Below are positions 58,794-64,000 of a stretch of 64,000 nucleotides of DNA, piece by piece. Within the stretch, counting starts at the first letter, position 1; every line of letters begins with the position of its first letter. The position numbers and the translations under genes were made by a program. The stretch is from Aestuariivita sp. (GTDB lineage Bacteria > Pseudomonadota > Alphaproteobacteria > Rhodobacterales > Rhodobacteraceae): NCBI GenBank assembly GCA_026709985.1, contig JAPORY010000063.1:6260-70259 (forward strand). The letters are read 5' to 3'. The notes below the pieces were generated by a model. That model made no database searches and was not told the origin of the DNA. It was given only the letters and a program-made list of their open reading frames with translations.

Positions 58794-61535
58794 CTAAGGG
58801 ATTGATTCAACCTGTTCCTCCTGGTCAACAATTCGTGCGACGCTGACGACTTTCTCATCCTCCCGGATGTTGAGAACTTTAACGCCACCAGCCGTCCTTG
58901 ATTGTATGGATATGCCTTTGACGGGGACACGAATCGATTGCCCAGCAGAGGTCACAAGCATAACTTGGTCATCAAGTTCAACCGGGAATGAAGCAACAAT
59001 GGAGCCTCCCCGCATTGCTTTATCGGTGGCCCGTATGCCCAAACCACCACGCCGAGTTATGCGAAAGTTATGCGACGACGTTAATTTTCCGAAGCCTTTG
59101 GAAGTAATGGTTAGAATCAGGTTCTCGGTCGTTAGCATTTCGGCAAATCGATCTTCGCTCAGGACGATTTTATCCGCGTCGACTGGTTCATCAGTTATTT
59201 CGGCGCCATCCGCGACTTCACTGCCAGTAACCAGTCGGCGCCGCATTCGCAGATAGCTTTCCCTCTCATCGGTCGTGATCTCAAGGTGACGCAGGATTAA
59301 CATGGAGACGACACGTTGCTTCTTTTTGAGACGGACACCACGGACGCCAACTGAATACCTATTTTTAAATTGCCGAAGGTCACTAACACGAAATCGCTGA
59401 GCTTGCCCCTTATTTGTCACCAGCATAACATCGTCATCCGCATGGCAAATCTGGACATTAACTAACTCGTTACCGTCATCTAATTTTATCGCAATCTTGC
59501 CATTCGACAGTACACTCTTGAAATCGCTAAGGGCATTGCGCCGCACAGTGCCTTTAGATGTTGCAAAAACAACCTGCAGTGTATCCCACTCCTCTTCCTC
59601 GCGGTCGACCGGCAAGATCGCGGCAAGCGATACTTCTTTTGGGATCGGTAAAATATTGACGATGGGTTTGCCTTTTGACCGCCGCTCGCCAAGCGGCAGG
59701 CGTAAAGTTTTGAGTTTGTATGCGATACCATTGGTGGCAAAAAACAGCAGCGGCATGTGGGTATTGGAGACGAATAACGTGGTAACAACATCTTCCTCCT
59801 TAGTGGAAATTGACGCCAATCCTTTACCACCCCGCCGCTGCTCACGAAACTCGCTGAGCGCTGTTCGCTTGATATAACCGCCCGCCGTCGCAGTGACGAC
59901 CATATCCTCGCTTTCGATTAAATCCTCGTCCTCAATATCGGCTTCCCATTCGCCAATCTTCGTACGCCGTGGAACGGCGAATAACTCTTTAACCGCCCGC
60001 AGTTCATCGCTGATGATTTCCCTAATTCTCTCTTGAGAACTAAGGATGTGTAGAAAATTCTTCGTTTTTTCGGCTAGTTCCTCAAGTTCACGGGCAACAT
60101 CCGCGACCCCAATTTGGGTTAATCGTTGCAATCTGAGATCAAGAATCGCACGAGCCTGTATTTCGCTGAGATTGTAGGTGTTATCAGCATTAATCGTGTG
60201 ACTCGGATCGTCAATTAAGCCGATATATTGCGCGATATCTTGTGCGGGCCAGCGGCGAGCCATCAATTTTTCTCGCGCAGAAGCCGGGTCTGACGATGAT
60301 CGAATGGTTGCGACCACTTCGTCAACATTGGCGACGGCAACTGCAAGTCCGCAAAGTATGTGTGACCGCTTGCGGGCTTCATTCAAGTCAAAGGTCGTGC
60401 GGCGGGTTACAACCTCTTGGCGAAAATCAATGAAAGCTGTCAAAAAACCGCGCAGCGTCAGTTGTTCGGGCCGCCCCCCATTCAGTGCCAACATATTACA
60501 GGCAAACGACGTCTGCATCGGTGAGAAGCGATAGAGTTGGTTTAAAACCACTTCTGGGGTTGCATCGCGTTTGAGTTCAATGACGACGCGGATGCCGTCA
60601 CGATCCGACAGATCTTCGACGCTCGCGATTCCCTCAATCCGCTTGTCCCTTACGCCCTCGGCAATTTTCTCAATCATAGTCGCTTTATTGACCTGATAGG
60701 GGACTTCCTCGACGATAATGGCCAAACGATCTTTTCGAATTTCCTCGACTTTGGTTTTAGCTCGAATGAGAACCGAACCACGACCCTCAAGATACGCCCT
60801 TCGGGCTCCAGCCTTACCTAGAATAATCCCACCCGTTGGGAAATCAGGTCCAAGAACATACTCAAATATATCCATCGAACTGAGATCAGGATCCGCGATA
60901 AGTGCTAATGTGGCATCAATAATCTCGCCAAGGTTGTGCGGCGGTATATTGGTTGCCATACCAACCGCGATGCCGCCAGCACCGTTGACCAACATATTTG
61001 GAAATCGTGCTGGCAGAACTGTGGGTTCTTGGTCCTTACCGTCATAGTTTTCTTGAAAATCGACCGTATTCTTATTGATGTCAGCGAGAAGGTAGGCAGC
61101 TGCACTCGCCATCCGGACTTCGGTATACCGCATGGCCGCCGGATTATCGCCGTCCATTGAGCCAAAATTTCCCTGCCCATCCAAGAGTGGCAGTGACATT
61201 GAGAAGTCCTGTGCCATTCTTACAAGGGCGTCATAGATCGCTGAATCGCCGTGAGGATGATATTTTCCCATGACATCACCGACAGGGCGGGCCGACTTGC
61301 GATAGGGCTTATCATGGGTTGCCCCAGTTTCATTCATCGCGTGTAGAATGCGTCGATGTACCGGCTTCAATCCGTCCCTGAGGTCCGGGATCGCGCGCGA
61401 TACAATGACAGACATTGCATAATCGAGGTAGGAACTGCGCAATTCCTGCTCAATTGATACCATAGGGCCGGAATGAACGACACGCGACGGACGGTCCTCA
61501 GGGCCGAGTTCGGTCTCTACGGGAGTATCAGCCAT
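58794..61535 (-). CDS. gyrA: DNA gyrase subunit A
   Basis: 913 aa with [29 protein letters not shown], the active-site region AAMRYTE, a QRDR-like [10 protein letters not shown], and C-terminal beta-pinwheel repeats. Confidence 0.98.
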   Translation of the reverse strand: MADTPVETELGPEDRPSRVVHSGPMVSIEQELRSSYLDYAMSVIVSRAIPDLRDGLKPVHRRILHAMNETGATHDKPYRKSARPVGDVMGKYHPHGDSAIYDALVRMAQDFSMSLPLLDGQGNFGSMDGDNPAAMRYTEVRMASAAAYLLADINKNTVDFQENYDGKDQEPTVLPARFPNMLVNGAGGIAVGMATNIPPHNLGEIIDATLALIADPDLSSMDIFEYVLGPDFPTGGIILGKAGARRAYLEGRGSVLIRAKTKVEEIRKDRLAIIVEEVPYQVNKATMIEKIAEGVRDKRIEGIASVEDLSDRDGIRVVIELKRDATPEVVLNQLYRFSPMQTSFACNMLALNGGRPEQLTLRGFLTAFIDFRQEVVTRRTTFDLNEARKRSHILCGLAVAVANVDEVVATIRSSSDPASAREKLMARRWPAQDIAQYIGLIDDPSHTINADNTYNLSEIQARAILDLRLQRLTQIGVADVARELEELAEKTKNFLHILSSQERIREIISDELRAVKELFAVPRRTKIGEWEADIEDEDLIESEDMVVTATAGGYIKRTALSEFREQRRGGKGLASISTKEEDVVTTLFVSNTHMPLLFFATNGIAYKLKTLRLPLGERRSKGKPIVNILPIPKEVSLAAILPVDREEEEWDTLQVVFATSKGTVRRNALSDFKSVLSNGKIAIKLDDGNELVNVQICHADDDVMLVTNKGQAQRFRVSDLRQFKNRYSVGVRGVRLKKKQRVVSMLILRHLEITTDERESYLRMRRRLVTGSEVADGAEITDEPVDADKIVLSEDRFAEMLTTENLILTITSKGFGKLTSSHNFRITRRGGLGIRATDKAMRGGSIVASFPVELDDQVMLVTSAGQSIRVPVKGISIQSRTAGGVKVLNIREDEKVVSVARIVDQEEQVESIP

Positions 61536-61718
61536 ATTTTTTCCACATGAAAGTTCAAAAGCAGATTAAGGATGCAGCGTGTTCAGGAAGGATAAAATCA
61601 ATTCATCCAAGTTGGAGTTAGCAGCAGGCCCAAGATGATGCCAATAAATTGTTTTCTTGCAATGTGTTTGGATGCTTGAAAATATGCTATTCAGGCAACA
61701 AGGAATGGGTATAAAAAA

Positions 61719-61994
61719 ATGTCAAAAGTTGCAAGCGAAACAAGTCTAATGATGGAAGGATACGGACTGACAACTGCCGAAGTTTTTTATCACCTGCCGG
61801 ACTACACTCATGTATTGAACACCTTTGTTTGGCAAGAGTACGATACGGCACCAGACCATCCTAGGCTCTTTAAGTTTATTGAATTTTGGCGAAGCGAAAT
61901 CGAGGGCGTTTTACATTCGGTTCGTTTCACCCATCGTCAAATGATTGCGGCCGGCGAGTGGCGAAACGCTGTCGGAGAATTTCGGTTGAACTAA
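61719..61994 (+). CDS. usg: Usg-family small protein
   Basis: 91 aa. GYGLTTAEVFYHLPDYTHVLNTFVWQEYDTAPDHPRLFKFIEFW matches the Usg-like family pattern as I recall it. Confidence 0.7.
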   Translation: MSKVASETSLMMEGYGLTTAEVFYHLPDYTHVLNTFVWQEYDTAPDHPRLFKFIEFWRSEIEGVLHSVRFTHRQMIAAGEWRNAVGEFRLN

Positions 61995-62071
61995 CAACTG
62001 AATCGGGCAATGGATTGCGCCCGAATTCTGCTTCGATCTGTGCTCGTTAGGGTAGAGCCGTTGGTCGTCGA

Positions 62072-63700
62072 TTAGTTCACAGGTCGATGCTGGCGAAGGA
62101 ATTTCATCAGGACTGACATGCCACGATCGTCACCGCAAGATGCGCTACTGACGCATAATTTGTCGTGAATATCTCTCGCGACTTCTTTTCCGAGTTCAAC
62201 GCCCCATTGGTCGAACGAGTTTATGCCAAGAAAAACCCCTTCAACAAAGACCCGATGCTCGTAGATCGCAATCAATCGCCCAAGCATCTTCGGGGTAAGC
62301 TTCGGGTACATAATGGTCACCGACGGACGGTTTCCGATAAATATTCGGTGTTGAGACTGCTGTTCGCACGCATCGGCCGCAAGCCCCTGAGCTAGAAGTT
62401 GGGCTCGCGTTTCGTCAAGGTTGCGCCCCACCATTAAGCTATGTGCTTGTGCTAGGCAGTTCGAGATTAGTAGTTCGTGATGATGGCGCAACGCCTCTTC
62501 ATGACCATTAGCTGCAATGAGAAACTCACACGGAACAACTTGGCCTCCCTGATGAAGCAATTGGAAAAAGGCGTGCTGACTATTTGTCCCAACGCCTCCC
62601 CAGATGACTGGGGCTGCTGGCTGATCTAATGGTGAACCGTCGGCCGTCACGCCTTTCCCGTTCGACTCCATTTCCAGTTGCTGTAGAAAGCTAGGAAAGA
62701 GCGCAAGTCGCTGATCGTAGGGGAGCACTGCACGGGTTGGATGGCGGCAGATTTGGTGGTGCCAGATATCCAATAGCGCGAGTACGACGGGCAAGTTAAA
62801 TTCCCAATTTGTTGACTGAAAGTGGCGATCTATCTCAGCCGCGCCCCGCAAAAATTGCGCAAAATTTGCGGGACCAATGGCCAACATTACTGGTAAGCCC
62901 GTTGGTCCCCAGACTGAATATCTACCCCCCACCCAATCGGCAAAACAAAAGATATTACGATCTTCGATTCCGAACTCTTGGGCCCGATTTGGAGCGGCGG
63001 TCACCGCAATGACCTGTTGGGAGGGATTGCCACCATATCGAGAAAGCCATTCGAGTGCGGTCTTGGCATTTTCGACGGTCTCAATCGTCGAGAATGTCTT
63101 CGAACTAATAATGAGTAATGTGGTCTTTGCATTCAACTTCTTGAGCACGTCATGGATATTGGCACCATCGACGTTGGCAACAAAGTGACATTTGAGGCCC
63201 TCATGATATGGACGCAATGCCTCGGTAACCATGGCTGGACCCAAATCAGAACCGCCAATACCGATATTTACTGCATCCCGAAAGCGGCCGCCGGAACCGA
63301 GCCGCACAGTTCCCTTGATCGCTTTATACAAATCCCTCATGTCCATGAGGGTGCTTTGCACCTGTGGTCCAGGATCGTGGCCATCAATCATAACAGAACT
63401 CTGATGTGAGTTACGCAATAGATGATGCAGGACAGGACGGTTTTCGCTGTTATTGATGCGTTTCCCAGAAAACAAATTTAATATGTGATCAGCAAGATCA
63501 ACCGAATCGCACAATCTAAGCAATTGATCGCGAGCCTCGCGATCTAAGTGTGTTTTCGAATAATCGATCAAGAAACTCATTCGCTCAAGCGAGAATTTCC
63601 TTTCGCGTTTTTTGTCGGTGGCAAAAAGATGCTCAATTCGCTCCGAACAAAGTCGGTGCCAAGAGTTTTGCAATCCAGAAAACACCGCTATGCGCTCCAA
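62072..63700 (-). CDS. pgi: Glucose-6-phosphate isomerase
   Basis: 542 aa with IGIGGSDLGP, ISSKTFSTIET, the GGRYSVW-type motif and QHAFFQLLHQG, typical of PGI. Overlaps the pgl stop by 13 nt. Confidence 0.95.
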   Translation of the reverse strand: MERIAVFSGLQNSWHRLCSERIEHLFATDKKRERKFSLERMSFLIDYSKTHLDREARDQLLRLCDSVDLADHILNLFSGKRINNSENRPVLHHLLRNSHQSSVMIDGHDPGPQVQSTLMDMRDLYKAIKGTVRLGSGGRFRDAVNIGIGGSDLGPAMVTEALRPYHEGLKCHFVANVDGANIHDVLKKLNAKTTLLIISSKTFSTIETVENAKTALEWLSRYGGNPSQQVIAVTAAPNRAQEFGIEDRNIFCFADWVGGRYSVWGPTGLPVMLAIGPANFAQFLRGAAEIDRHFQSTNWEFNLPVVLALLDIWHHQICRHPTRAVLPYDQRLALFPSFLQQLEMESNGKGVTADGSPLDQPAAPVIWGGVGTNSQHAFFQLLHQGGQVVPCEFLIAANGHEEALRHHHELLISNCLAQAHSLMVGRNLDETRAQLLAQGLAADACEQQSQHRIFIGNRPSVTIMYPKLTPKMLGRLIAIYEHRVFVEGVFLGINSFDQWGVELGKEVARDIHDKLCVSSASCGDDRGMSVLMKFLRQHRPVN

Positions 63701-64000
63701 TGGACTTTTGTTTGTGCTAGAATTGCATTCACGGGCATTTCAAACTTAGAAACCATCTGCGCACTCAGGAGGGTTTGTTTTTTTTCTTCTCCGGTGATTA
63801 ACAAGTGCTTCATGCGAGCGGAATTTAATAGATGCGCGGGCAAAGTTATGCGGTTTTCGGGCATATTAGGCGGAGATTGTTCGATTAGCAATTCGGCATC
63901 AGGAGCAAACGCCTTCACGAGTCCTTCTGCGTTGGGGAACATAGAGGCAACATGGCCATCGGTCCCCATCCCGATCAACGCGATATCAAGGGGAATTGCC
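63688..64000 (-). CDS. pgl: 6-phosphogluconolactonase, C-terminal part (5' end beyond window end)
   Basis: The translation contains IGMGTDGHVASMFPN (compare the Pgl motif GMGEDGHTASLFP). The frame stays open to the window edge. Confidence 0.8.
   Translation of the reverse strand, partial: AIPLDIALIGMGTDGHVASMFPNAEGLVKAFAPDAELLIEQSPPNMPENRITLPAHLLNSARMKHLLITGEEKKQTLLSAQMVSKFEMPVNAILAQTKVHWSA

Noticed and set aside
58604-58930. 108-aa ORF spanning the G11/C11 tract and overlapping the gyrA 3' end.
   Set aside because: Its poly-Pro stretch is simply the translated homopolymer. It overlaps gyrA out of frame and has no other support.
1-64000. Looked for CRISPR arrays, rRNA, tRNA, integrase/recombinase genes, reverse transcriptases and long direct or inverted repeats bounding the islands.
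   Set aside because: None found by eye. Repeat detection at this scale without tools is unreliable, so short att-like direct repeats flanking 10.4-14.1 kb and 42.9-45.7 kb cannot be excluded.

Overview
The window looks like an alphaproteobacterial chromosome segment, by eye about 50% GC. Its backbone follows the synteny I recall for that class: lipA, ratA/coq10-like, cinA, (pgpA) ispDF, ntrBC, ntrYX, trkAH, hfq. Other housekeeping genes are partial metA, guaA, a LIV-type ABC transporter, class II DAHP synthase, ctaA, gyrA, pgi and partial pgl. I found no rRNA, tRNA or CRISPR array by eye.

The backbone is interrupted at several points:
- A 3.7-kb insert between cinA and pgpA-ispDF carries two convergent orphan genes and an AT-rich non-coding tail. 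One gene has an MSEYQYYEFRAIDR N-terminus; the other is a stand-alone AAA+-type ATPase.
- A 1.2-kb AT-rich insert sits between ntrC and ntrY. dusB is absent upstream of ntrB and hflX is absent downstream of hfq.
- A nonsense-riddled Xre-type antitoxin/RES toxin pair lies between livG and livF.
- A compact type II restriction-modification pair is present: an MvaI/BcnI-like endonuclease with an SPPY methyltransferase.
- There is a collapsed hyuA/hyuB (hydantoinase/oxoprolinase) remnant and a 5'-truncated, frameshifted Tn5-like IS4 transposase remnant.

The most system-like intact loci are the four-gene Anbu operon (circularly permuted ATP-grasp, alpha-E, transglutaminase-like, Anbu proteasome homologue) and an lpxD-like/ACP/KAS II trio. 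The Anbu operon is known from comparative genomics, but as far as I know its function is unresolved. NtrC lacks the GAFTGA sigma-54 contact loop.

All calls rest on reading the ORF translations and my own hand translations. No database search was run.
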